NCBI GenBank assembly: GCA_944320485.1
Contig: CALUHQ010000072.1
Span: 9,154 to 73,153 of the forward strand
Source of the DNA: Candidatus Methanomethylophilaceae archaeon
Lineage (GTDB): Archaea; Thermoplasmatota; Thermoplasmata; Methanomassiliicoccales; Methanomethylophilaceae
Reading direction: 5' to 3'
Length of the DNA stretch: 64,000 nt
The position numbers and the translations under genes were made by a program. Each line of letters begins with the position of its first letter. Within the stretch, counting starts at the first letter, position 1. Below the pieces are notes generated by a model. The model did no database searches and had not been told where the DNA came from. It worked only from the letters and a program-made list of their open reading frames with translations. Of this stretch, positions 10,139-19,240 are shown one piece after another.

Positions 10139-11598
10139 GCATCGATGACCTGGAGTCCGCCTACGGATACGGCGGATCTCGCGAGAAGGTGATGGAGGCG
10201 ATCCGCTCCCTCGATCCCGGGGAGACGGGACCCCACGGCAGGACCGCCATGCATGTGGCCGCCGAGAACGTCGACCCCGAGGCGATGGAGGCTTTGATCT
10301 CCAACGGTTTCAGGGCCGGTGCCGCGGACGAGTACGGTCGCACGCCGCTCCACATCCTGGCCGTACAGAGGTGGGAGGGCAGGACGTCCAAGATGGCCGA
10401 ATGCACGGACATGCTCCTGGCCAACCGCTGTCCCCCGAACAGGAGGGACGATTCCGGTAGATGCTTCTATCACATCGCGGCGGACATGCACAACCTCCCC
10501 ATGATCTCCATCATCGGACAGAGACGCATTCGCTGCGACTCCGTGCTGGAGAGCAGCGGGATGAACGCCCTCCATCTGGTCTGCGGGTCCGGGAACCGTT
10601 ACGACCGTCTGCGTGAATCCGATCCCGATGGCTTCGAAGCGAAGGACGAGATGTGCCGCAGGATGGCCGAATAGCTCATCGGATGCGGCATCGACCCCGA
10701 GGCGGAGACGCGCATCGGAAGGAAGGCCGTGGATTTCGCCATAGAGAACGGGCTCGGGAGGACCGCCTCGCTGCTGAGGGGCGATGCCGATGGGTTCGTC
10801 AGAGGCATGGACCTCTACCAGGCGACCATCACGGACGATGCCCCGGCTGTCTCGGAGCTCCTTTCCAAAGGAACGGATCCGGACGAGTTCTGGGACCGCG
10901 ACGGCGACTACAGGGGGATGACATCATTGATGATAGCCTGCAGGCGCATGTGCGCCCCCGTCGTCGAGGCGCTGCTCGGAGGGGGTGCTTACGCCACCAT
11001 CTCGGACGGCAGGGACGGGCACACGGCGATGTACCATCTTCTTGTGTCACTGAGGTCCACAGTAGGCACCGGCTCCAACGACAGGGGATCGGGGACCCTC
11101 ACGAGGAACCTGGGACTCCTCGTCGACTCGCAGGGCTCCCCCGACCTTGATGTGGGGACGGATGAGGGCCCGCCGCTGTGCTACGTCTGTACCACGGAGT
11201 TCCTGGGATGGACCTCCGACGGCAGGTCGGCAAGGCAGGTCGCCTTCGATTGGCTCGTCTCCCACGGCGCCGACCCGAATGCGCGTGATGGTTCCGGCAG
11301 GACCCCGCTGATTTGCGCATGCACGTCCGGAGGGAAGGAGGCAGAGAACATCGTCTGCACGCTGATGGAGCTCGGGGCGGACCCGGATGCCAGGGATGCC
11401 TGCGGACGGACCGCGATCATGCATGCGTCCGCCATGCCCGGCGATTCCGGCCTCGATCTGATAAAGACGATCCATGACTTCTGCGAACCAGGGTTGGAGT
11501 TCCGCGACTCGGATGGCAAGGACGCTTTGGAGATCGCTGCGGACTCTGGGAACACAGGCGTCCTGAAGTACCTGCTGGAACGCAGACGACAGCCTTGA
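10135..11598 (+). CDS. Ankyrin-repeat protein with an in-frame TAG at 10672-10674 (probable pyrrolysine readthrough)
   Basis: ATG overlaps the upstream TGA; ankyrin motifs (GRTAMHVAA, GRTPLHILA, GRTPLICAC); MAE-TAG-LIGCGIDPEAETRIGRKAVDFA continues in frame into ORF 10729..11598. Confidence 0.8.
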
Positions 11599-11603
11599 AG
11601 GGA

Positions 11604-12245
11604 TCAATGTCCGACGATGATCGGTCTCCCCTGACCCTCGGCGAACACCACCAGACGGACGAGGACGAAGAAGGCGAACCTGGACAGCCTGTCCGTGTCC
11701 AGGACGCCTTCCGAACCGGGATAGGAATCGGACCATGAGACGATCTCCTCTCCGGGGGCGCCCCATACCGCCTGGTTGATCGCCACCAGGTCCCTGTGCA
11801 GCGTCGCAAGGGTCGATGCCGTGACCTGGTTCCCTGCCGGGCCGACGCATTGGAAGAGTCCAATCTCCTTGCTGGGAATCCACAAATCCGCTATCAGGGA
11901 GGACAGTACGGAACCCTCCGCAGACATGGCCTCGTCGACGGTCGCGTCCTCGTAGAACCTCCATCCGCTGGGGATCGTCGCCGGGCATTCCGCACCGGTG
12001 ATGGCGCAGGAGACCCTGAGAAGCAGGGCCCCGAAGGCGTCCAGACCGAGATTGGCCTGGAGGTACGGCGCCCCATACCCCTCGTCCCATCCCTGGCATC
12101 CCGGGATCTTCGAGGCGACCGCCTCCTGCCACTGCCTGACGGCGGCGAGCAGCTGGTCACGGTCGAAAGGAGGCTGTTCCGGTGCCCCGGGGTAGTCCCC
12201 GGCGTAGTACATGGCCAGGTTCCCTGCGAAGACGGAGTAACCCAT
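11604..12245 (-). CDS. Hypothetical protein (WDE...PY...DAFGALLL family)
   Basis: 213-aa ORF, last gene of the tetR-ankyrin run, 4 nt from the upstream stop. Confidence 0.75.
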   Translation of the reverse strand: MGYSVFAGNLAMYYAGDYPGAPEQPPFDRDQLLAAVRQWQEAVASKIPGCQGWDEGYGAPYLQANLGLDAFGALLLRVSCAITGAECPATIPSGWRFYEDATVDEAMSAEGSVLSSLIADLWIPSKEIGLFQCVGPAGNQVTASTLATLHRDLVAINQAVWGAPGEEIVSWSDSYPGSEGVLDTDRLSRFAFFVLVRLVVFAEGQGRPIIVGH

Positions 12246-12249
12246 GGTG

Positions 12250-13239
12250 TCACCCCTTGGCGCCCGCCATGAGCAGCTGCTCGACGATCTCGGTGAATCC
12301 GGCCTCGGAGGCGTAGTGCATCGCGGTCAGTCCGTCGTTGTCCGCCATGTCTGGGTCGGCACCGTTCTGGAGCAGCATCTCCGTGAAGTCGTTGCGCCCG
12401 TTCCTGGCCGCCAGGATGAGCGGGGTGGAGCCCGATGAGTTCCTGGCGTTGACATCGGCTCCGGATGCAATGAGCGCCTTGCCGATGTAGTGGCTGCCGT
12501 CGACGGCCGCGACGTGCAGGGGACGGTCGCCGGTGTTGAGGCTGACGGAGGTATCGGCTCCCGCTTCCAGAAGCATCTCCACTATGTTGAGAGCCCCGCG
12601 ATGTACGGCCAGGAACAGCGGGCTCTCCCCGTCGTCGTTGAGGACGTTCGGGTCGGCTCCGTCGGCTGACAGGAGCACGCGGACGACCTCGCCCTGCCCG
12701 TTCCAGCATGCCTGATGCAGCGGCGTGTTGCCGGACGAGTCCCTGGCGGTGGCGGCGTCCCCCGAAGCGGTCAGAGCCTCCACGAGTCCCTTCAGCCCCC
12801 TGGATGTGGCGAAGTCGAGGGCCGTGTGTCCCTCGTTATCCCTTATGGAGGGGTCGGCACCGAGGAAGAGCAGGAACTGCGCGGCGTCGGCCTTCCCCTC
12901 GTTCGCCATCCTCATCAGGGGCGTGCGTCCCTCGCGGTCGGTGGCGTTCGGGTCGGCCCCGGCATCCACCAGCATCCGGATGACGTCCTTGTTCCCGGAC
13001 TTGGCGGCCATGTGCAACGGCGTGGTGCTGTCGTTGGAGCATGCGGTCGCGTCGGCTCCCGCCTCGAGGAGCAGCGACACTATGTCCCTGGCCCCGCGCT
13101 GGCTGGCGAAGTGCAGGGAGGTGAGCCCGACGGCATCCCTCTTGTTCACATCAACCTCTCCCTTGGAGAGCAGGGTCTGGACGACCCCCTTCTGCCCGTT
13201 CTTGCAGGCGTTCAGAAACATGTTGTCCATCTGCGACAT
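12250..13239 (-). CDS. Ankyrin-repeat protein
   Basis: ATG (MSQMDN) at 13239 with GAGGTGAGG SD; about nine canonical G-x-TPLH repeats. Confidence 0.9.
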   Translation of the reverse strand: MSQMDNMFLNACKNGQKGVVQTLLSKGEVDVNKRDAVGLTSLHFASQRGARDIVSLLLEAGADATACSNDSTTPLHMAAKSGNKDVIRMLVDAGADPNATDREGRTPLMRMANEGKADAAQFLLFLGADPSIRDNEGHTALDFATSRGLKGLVEALTASGDAATARDSSGNTPLHQACWNGQGEVVRVLLSADGADPNVLNDDGESPLFLAVHRGALNIVEMLLEAGADTSVSLNTGDRPLHVAAVDGSHYIGKALIASGADVNARNSSGSTPLILAARNGRNDFTEMLLQNGADPDMADNDGLTAMHYASEAGFTEIVEQLLMAGAKG

Positions 13240-13703
13240 CGATTCCTCACCTCGTTTCCAAATGGTTTGATCCCCAGGCGTTCTAGGGGGACGGCGGTCT
13301 GGGAGGCCTCCTCCGTGCGTCCGCATCCCTCCAGGCACAGGCACAGAAGCCACCTCGACTGCAATCCGGCGAAGGTCGGATTCAGCGATGGTGCCGAGGG
13401 ATGCATGGGCCCTGGGGCCTCCATCCTCTTCAACAGAGATTCCCCGACCGGATCCAAAGGTTTCTGCGGAACCCCTTCGGTGAGGCTCCTGAAGGCGGAG
13501 TTCGCCAAAGGCAGGGCCTCCTCGCATCTTCCGGCGAGAAGGAGGCAGTACGCCTTGCAGTACACCGCCCAGGGCAGGTCCCCCTCGCGGACGCCGGAGA
13601 GCAGCTGCCATGCGGCGGCCGTCTGCCCGGTCGACATGAGATCAAAGATGACATCCCCCTTCGAGGGATCGAATGCTGGGCCTGAACCTTGCAGGAATCC
13701 CAT
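13212..13703 (-). CDS. Small TPR-like protein
   Basis: WAVYCKAYCLLLAGRCEEALPLA helix pair; lies between two ankyrin genes in the same orientation. Confidence 0.7.
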   Translation of the reverse strand: MGFLQGSGPAFDPSKGDVIFDLMSTGQTAAAWQLLSGVREGDLPWAVYCKAYCLLLAGRCEEALPLANSAFRSLTEGVPQKPLDPVGESLLKRMEAPGPMHPSAPSLNPTFAGLQSRWLLCLCLEGCGRTEEASQTAVPLERLGIKPFGNEVRNRCRRWTTCF

Positions 13704-13712
13704 GGAATCACC

Positions 13713-14924
13713 TCAGAGCAGCTCCAGGACTGATTCCATACCCGCGGAGGCGGCCATCTCCATCGCGGTGGCACCGGTCTCGTCCGGTATGTCCGTCCTG
13801 GCCCCTTTCTTGATCAGGAACCTGGCGGCCTTCTCGTCCCTCCATGAGACCGCATGGTGGAGCGCCGTGCGGCCGTGGCGGTCCTGCACATCGAGATCGG
13901 CCCCGGCGGCCACCAGTGCCTTCAGAGCCTGGCCGTGTCCGTTGGATGCGGCCGCCATCAGGGGGGTGGTGCCGTCGTTGGCGGAACGGTTGGGGTCTGC
14001 GCCCTGTTCCAGCAGGGTCTCGGAGAGCCCTCCGTTGTCGTATCTGTACGATATGAGCGTGATGAGCAGCGGGGTCTTACCGGAATCGTCAGGTGAATCG
14101 ATGTCGTTGAGCAGCTTCAGCACCGCCTTCTTCCTGGCGTTGACCGCATCCTTCCCCGGGACGCTGTCGTATTCCCTGCAATAGGGCAGCGGCGGCGGGG
14201 ATACGGCGAGATGCGCTGGCCGGCGGCCCTTGGAGTCCGTGCATCCGTCGGAGGCACCGGCATCGATCAGCATCCCAGCAGACGTCTCGTCCCCTATCAG
14301 GCATGCCAGGTGCAGCGGGGTTGTGCCGTCGAAATCGACTGCGTGACCGTATCCATCACGTATCGATGTCCCGGTGGCACAGGGATCGGCCCCAGCGTCC
14401 AGAAGCGACTTGACCAGCTCATGATGGCGGTTCAGGACCGCCAGGTGAAGGGGCGTCGCCCCGTAAGCGTCGCAGACCATCCATGAGGAGACGTTGTCGG
14501 GCATCCCGGCTAGAACGGCCATGTCCGCCTCCCTGTCCTTGCTCCAGGGGGATTTCTCCATCGACGCCAGTATGTGTAGCGCGGTAGAACCGTTCCGGTT
14601 GGCCATGCACAGGTCGGCGCCGGCGTCCCTCAACGCCGAGTATACGGCCGGGTCGCTGCGTCCACGGGAGGCGTATACGGTCACCAGCCCCTGTCCGTCC
14701 GGGAAGCGGGTCCCGAAGTCGAACCCCGATTCAGCCAGACGTGAAACGAAACCGGACCCGTCCGATGATGCCAAACCGCGTGATACGATGTCCGCGGCCA
14801 TGGCAGCGTCGTCATCGTCGTCCAGGTCCAACCCGGAGAGCAGCTCCAGGGCCGCATCCGTGGCGGGGCCTGTGTTGCCCTGGAAGAAGTCCATCTCCAT
14901 GCGCCTTCTCTTCTCCTCGTCCAT
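13713..14924 (-). CDS. Ankyrin-repeat protein
   Basis: GSTALHILA, GATPLHLAV, GTTPLHLAC, GTTPLMAAA, GRTALHHAV repeats. Confidence 0.9.
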   Translation of the reverse strand: MDEEKRRRMEMDFFQGNTGPATDAALELLSGLDLDDDDDAAMAADIVSRGLASSDGSGFVSRLAESGFDFGTRFPDGQGLVTVYASRGRSDPAVYSALRDAGADLCMANRNGSTALHILASMEKSPWSKDREADMAVLAGMPDNVSSWMVCDAYGATPLHLAVLNRHHELVKSLLDAGADPCATGTSIRDGYGHAVDFDGTTPLHLACLIGDETSAGMLIDAGASDGCTDSKGRRPAHLAVSPPPLPYCREYDSVPGKDAVNARKKAVLKLLNDIDSPDDSGKTPLLITLISYRYDNGGLSETLLEQGADPNRSANDGTTPLMAAASNGHGQALKALVAAGADLDVQDRHGRTALHHAVSWRDEKAARFLIKKGARTDIPDETGATAMEMAASAGMESVLELL

Positions 14925-14939
14925 TGTCCCATCTCCCTA

Positions 14940-15545
14940 TCAAAATCCCTGATCTACCCTGAGGCTGCTGACGTACGACACCAGACGGTCCATCTGGATC
15001 TCGGTGGTCGTGGGGATCGCCTCCCTGTAGAGGAAGGGGATCGACCCCGCGTCGGAGCGGCCGGTCCACACGACGGACATGAGCATGTTGTAGAACACCC
15101 TGGGGTCCAGACGGCTCAGCGGCACGCCGAGTGTGTCCAGCACCTCGGCGAAAAGCACTATGCGGTCGTTCTTGAAACCCGTGAACTCCTCGTCGCTCAA
15201 CAGCCCCCTGATGTACTCCTGGTCGTCGACCGTGGCGATGTACCATCTGCCGCCGAGGGCGTCCTCAAGGGTCACGCGCAGACCGTTCATGGCCCCGTAG
15301 TCCCATACGTTGCGGCGCAGCACCTCCAGGATGTCGGCGGATTGGACGGAGAATACCTCCCTGATGAGGGCCGTCTTGGACGGGAAGAAAGTGTAGAAGA
15401 ACGTCTTGGAGATGCCCTCGGGCACGTAGACGTCCTCAAGGCTCGTGTCCCTGAGACCCTTCTCGGAGAAGACCCTGGCTGAGCGTTCGAGCATGGACCT
15501 GCGTATGCGGTCCCGCTCCTCCTCGGTGTAGGCCTTCCTCGACAT
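14940..15545 (-). CDS. TetR/AcrR-family transcriptional regulator
   Basis: N-terminal HTH: FSEKGLRDTSLEDV...GISKTFFYTFFPSK. Confidence 0.9.
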   Translation of the reverse strand: MSRKAYTEEERDRIRRSMLERSARVFSEKGLRDTSLEDVYVPEGISKTFFYTFFPSKTALIREVFSVQSADILEVLRRNVWDYGAMNGLRVTLEDALGGRWYIATVDDQEYIRGLLSDEEFTGFKNDRIVLFAEVLDTLGVPLSRLDPRVFYNMLMSVVWTGRSDAGSIPFLYREAIPTTTEIQMDRLVSYVSSLRVDQGF

Positions 15546-15568
15546 GGTGTTGTAATGTACCTGCAGAT

Positions 15569-15597
15569 TAAAGACGTTGTCTCAAAGAATGTCTTTA
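15569..15597. promoter_or_regulatory. Candidate TetR operator
   Basis: TAAAGACGTT-N9-AATGTCTTTA inverted repeat (9/10) about 24 nt upstream of tetR. Confidence 0.55.
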
Positions 15598-15656
15598 TGT
15601 GCGACGGAACGACGGTCCGTGCGACATGATGTGTGAGGATCGTGACGAACCGGGGA

Positions 15657-16574
15657 TCACATGTTCCTGGGACCGTGGACGTCGATGTAGTCGCCGGCAC
15701 CCCTGACGCTGATCTGCATCGCTTTGAGAAGGTGCTTCTCGGCATCCTGGATCCTGCCGCCGTTCATCAGTGCACCGGCGACGTCGTGATGGAGCCTCAC
15801 AAGGACCTCCGGGTCCGGGAGGCGGTTGAACTCCATCATGCTCTCCAGGATGGTGATGGCCACCTCGACATCGCGTATGTACATGTCCGTGAGTCCGAGG
15901 CCGTTCTCCGCCTCGGCCTTAATGACGAGGCACATCACCAGCTCCTCCGGGTCCTCCAGCTGGCCGCGGTCCATCAGCTCCATGGCCGTGTCTATGGCCT
16001 GCGAGTACGACTCGATGGATTCCTCGGCATCGCCCAAGTCGGACTGCGCCTCGGCGCGGAGGCCCAGGAGCTCCACGACCCTGTTGCGCGACCATTGGTC
16101 GGACTGGCCGTTGAGAATGGACATCCCCTTGTCCACGAACGGCATGGCGACATCGGGACTGTCCGAGTCGATCAGGTTCTTGCAGGCGTCCGTGCACATC
16201 CTCACGATGCTGCGCCTGTCGAAGTGCCTGGAATGGGGTCCGAGCTCCGAGAGGCGGCGGGACACGAGCTCATACTCGCCGGTGCAGTCCGCCTCCTGGT
16301 CGAACAGGATGCTGCCCATCGTTGAGTGGATCCGGGCGAAGGTGCCCGCATCCGCGCGGAACCCCTGGGCCTCCAGGGACTCGAGGACCTCGCAGGCGGA
16401 CTCCAGGTCGTCCATTGCTGAGGTGCGGTACTCCATCATGTACAGGACGCATCCGCGGTTGACGTAGGCCTCGAGCAGGTCCTCCGAGCAGCCCAGGGGC
16501 TCCAGCTGGTTGACCTTGTCGTTGTACTCGTCCAGTGCGTTCTCGAGATGCGCGTCGGAAGCATCCATGGGCAT
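15657..16574 (-). CDS. TPR-like helical repeat protein
   Basis: LLEAYVNRGCVLYMM and LHHDVAGALMNGGRIQDAEKHLLKAM helices. Confidence 0.8.
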   Translation of the reverse strand: MPMDASDAHLENALDEYNDKVNQLEPLGCSEDLLEAYVNRGCVLYMMEYRTSAMDDLESACEVLESLEAQGFRADAGTFARIHSTMGSILFDQEADCTGEYELVSRRLSELGPHSRHFDRRSIVRMCTDACKNLIDSDSPDVAMPFVDKGMSILNGQSDQWSRNRVVELLGLRAEAQSDLGDAEESIESYSQAIDTAMELMDRGQLEDPEELVMCLVIKAEAENGLGLTDMYIRDVEVAITILESMMEFNRLPDPEVLVRLHHDVAGALMNGGRIQDAEKHLLKAMQISVRGAGDYIDVHGPRNM

Positions 16575-16688
16575 GATAACCACGGTCTTCGTATATGATG
16601 GATGTCGAAAAGTGAAGGAGCGGAGCCAGCACGCTGGACCCTGTCACAAGATGTTTGGACCGCCGGGACGGAGCCCGGCGGTCGGGGC

Positions 16689-18293
16689 TCACTGGCCCTC
16701 TGGCGTCGTATCGGTGTCCCTGCGCTTGCCGTCGCATGGACCCTGGAAGACGATGTCGAGCCTGTTGTACGGGATCTCCACACCGTTCTCGTCGAACAGC
16801 TGGAGGATCCTCTCCCTGAGCTGGCCTGCGTAGGTCCCGCTGCTGTCGAAGTCGTCGACGTAGGCGGCGAGCCTGATCTCGATGCCGGAGTCCATGAAGT
16901 TGGTCAGCCTCGTGGACGGGGCGGAGCGGGAACCGTCCTTTATGACGTGAGGATGCTCGACGGCGGCCCTGACCATGAGCTCCTGGGCCCTCTTGAGGTC
17001 GGCGTCGTAGGCGACGTCCACGTAGACGTAGACCCTGGCCTCGTCGTCCTCGGCGGTCATGTTGACGATCGTCCCTCCGGAGACCACGTTGTTGGGTATG
17101 GTGACGACCTGGTCCTTGTCCCAGTTGTCGAACTCTGTGAACATGAGCTTAACCTTCCTGACGATATAGACCGTCCCTCCGATCTGCACGAAGTCGCCCT
17201 TCTTGAAGGGTCTGGTGGACAGGAGCACTATGCCGCTGAAGAACTGGTTGAGGATGTTCTGGGCCCCCAATGTGATACCTAGGGTGATGACACCCGCGCT
17301 GACGAGGATGCCGGTGAGGTCCACTCCGAACAGTGCGAGGACGGCCGCGGCGGCGCACACCGTGATGATGATCTTGCCGATCATCTTGAACAGGGGGATG
17401 AGCGACGAGTCGACGGAGGAGTCGGTGCCCTTCTCCGCACCTCTGAGGAAGGCGGAGATCACGAACACGTAGATGGTCCAGGCCATCATGGCGCCGATGA
17501 TGATGTACAGAGCGCTCGAGAGCACACCGAAGCCATCCCTCAGCTCGGGTCCAGCACCGAGGATGGTGAGGCTCTGGTTCAGTGAGAGCACCACTATCAG
17601 GGCGACGATGAGGCTGGTGAGGTTCTTCCTGACCTTGCGGCCCTCCTCCTGGGAGCTGTTGTGGGTGAAGATCCTGGCGAAGACTGGGATGACGACCCTG
17701 CAGACGATGTACGAGATCAGGACCCATACAACGAGAGTGATGATGGCCGTGAACCACTCCGACCCCAGGACTCCGTCCATGGTGTTGGGGAAGACGCCGA
17801 GGAACTTGTTGTTCCCGTCTGCTGAATAATAGTAGGAGTTGACTGCGATCTCTATGGGCACGGTGATCTCGAAGACGTCCTCCCCGGCCATGTCCACGAA
17901 CGTGAGCACGACCTCGCCCGCCTCGTTGGGGCTGTCGTCGTACCTGTCCACCTTCACGGTCACGTCCACGGAGAGGATGTGGCCGGTGTCGGAGGCCCCA
18001 ACCGGGAGGAGGTAGTCCCCCGACACGGATGTGACGACATCGACGTGTTCAGACGACGAGGATCCGGAGGCGGTCATGCGGAGGTACTGCTGGGATTCGT
18101 TGTATACGAAGATCTTGAACGACTGGCTGCCGCCGTTGCCGACGGTTACCTGCACCACGCCGGACGACGGGTCCGGCAGGGTGAGGCTGATATCCTCGGA
18201 GGTGGCGGCATCCGACTGCTCCGCGCACAGGGGTGCGAGGGCCAAGGCTGCCACCACCGCCAGGGCGATGATTGCCATCTTGCGGGAATTCAT
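16689..18293 (-). CDS. mscS: MscS-family mechanosensitive channel with an extracellular N-terminal domain
   Basis: LGAQNILNQFFSGIVLLSTRPFKKGDFVQI...VTIPNN...VEIPY; signal peptide ending EQSDAA. Confidence 0.9.
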   Translation of the reverse strand: MNSRKMAIIALAVVAALALAPLCAEQSDAATSEDISLTLPDPSSGVVQVTVGNGGSQSFKIFVYNESQQYLRMTASGSSSSEHVDVVTSVSGDYLLPVGASDTGHILSVDVTVKVDRYDDSPNEAGEVVLTFVDMAGEDVFEITVPIEIAVNSYYYSADGNNKFLGVFPNTMDGVLGSEWFTAIITLVVWVLISYIVCRVVIPVFARIFTHNSSQEEGRKVRKNLTSLIVALIVVLSLNQSLTILGAGPELRDGFGVLSSALYIIIGAMMAWTIYVFVISAFLRGAEKGTDSSVDSSLIPLFKMIGKIIITVCAAAAVLALFGVDLTGILVSAGVITLGITLGAQNILNQFFSGIVLLSTRPFKKGDFVQIGGTVYIVRKVKLMFTEFDNWDKDQVVTIPNNVVSGGTIVNMTAEDDEARVYVYVDVAYDADLKRAQELMVRAAVEHPHVIKDGSRSAPSTRLTNFMDSGIEIRLAAYVDDFDSSGTYAGQLRERILQLFDENGVEIPYNRLDIVFQGPCDGKRRDTDTTPEGQ

Positions 18294-18504
18294 GTTTTGA
18301 GCAGGCTCCGTGATATAATTATGATTCGCACCGAAGATGCGATTTTCCCGAAGGATTCTGAACATCCAGCTGTCGACCTGGGATGTTGGTCGAACATCGG
18401 ATGATGCTTCGAGCCTGCCCGAAGCTTCCTAGCACCCATTATATATGGGTTCCAAAGCGAGGGTGCCTCTGGTCAGGGACCATGTCCCCGCAGGAGACGA
18501 TAGC

Positions 18505-19182
18505 ATGGACAGGGATGTTCTGATGGAGGCTGTCAGGAGCCGCCATTCCGTGAGAAGCTATGACGAGAAGCCGCTCAGCGAGCACGAGAGACGGGAGATG
18601 GAGAGGATCGTGGACGTGTGCAACGCCGAGGGCCACCTCAAATGTGCCCTGGTCCTCGATTCCCCCGAGGCGTTCGCCGGGACGATGTCGAGAGTGGCGA
18701 AGTTCTCCAACGTCAGGAACTATGTGGTCGTGATGGGGTCCGACAAGGACGGTCTGGACGAGCGCGGAGGGTACTGGGGCGAGATGATAGCTCTGAAGGC
18801 CCAGAACCTGGGGCTTAGGACCTGCTGGGTCGGATTGACCTACAGCAAGAGGAAGCTGGCGTGCGACATCCCCGACGGCGTCAGGGCGGTGTCCGTGATC
18901 GCACTCGGACACGGCATGGACGACGGCGTGGCGCACAGGAGCAAGCCCGTGGAGGAGCTGGCCCTGGTCAACGGGGAACCGGCCGAATGGTTCGATAGGG
19001 GGATGGAGTCGGTGATGCTGGCGCCGTCCGCCATGAACAGGCAGGGGTACAGGTTCACCCTGCGCAGGGACGGGAAGGTCGAGGTGAAGAGCTTCGGCGG
19101 TTCGTACTCCCAGGTGGACCTGGGCATCGCCAAGCTCCATTTCGAGATAGGCTCGGGCAAGGGCCCAGACGTATGGGCCTGA
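18505..19182 (+). CDS. Nitroreductase-family protein
   Basis: RHSVRSY, LGLRTCWVG, LAPSAMNRQ, VDLGIAKLHF. Confidence 0.9.
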   Translation: MDRDVLMEAVRSRHSVRSYDEKPLSEHERREMERIVDVCNAEGHLKCALVLDSPEAFAGTMSRVAKFSNVRNYVVVMGSDKDGLDERGGYWGEMIALKAQNLGLRTCWVGLTYSKRKLACDIPDGVRAVSVIALGHGMDDGVAHRSKPVEELALVNGEPAEWFDRGMESVMLAPSAMNRQGYRFTLRRDGKVEVKSFGGSYSQVDLGIAKLHFEIGSGKGPDVWA

Positions 19183-19240
19183 ATAGGGAAATGCAGTTTA
19201 AAGGCGCGGATATATCAATCCGAAGCGTGTTCGCGGGCGC

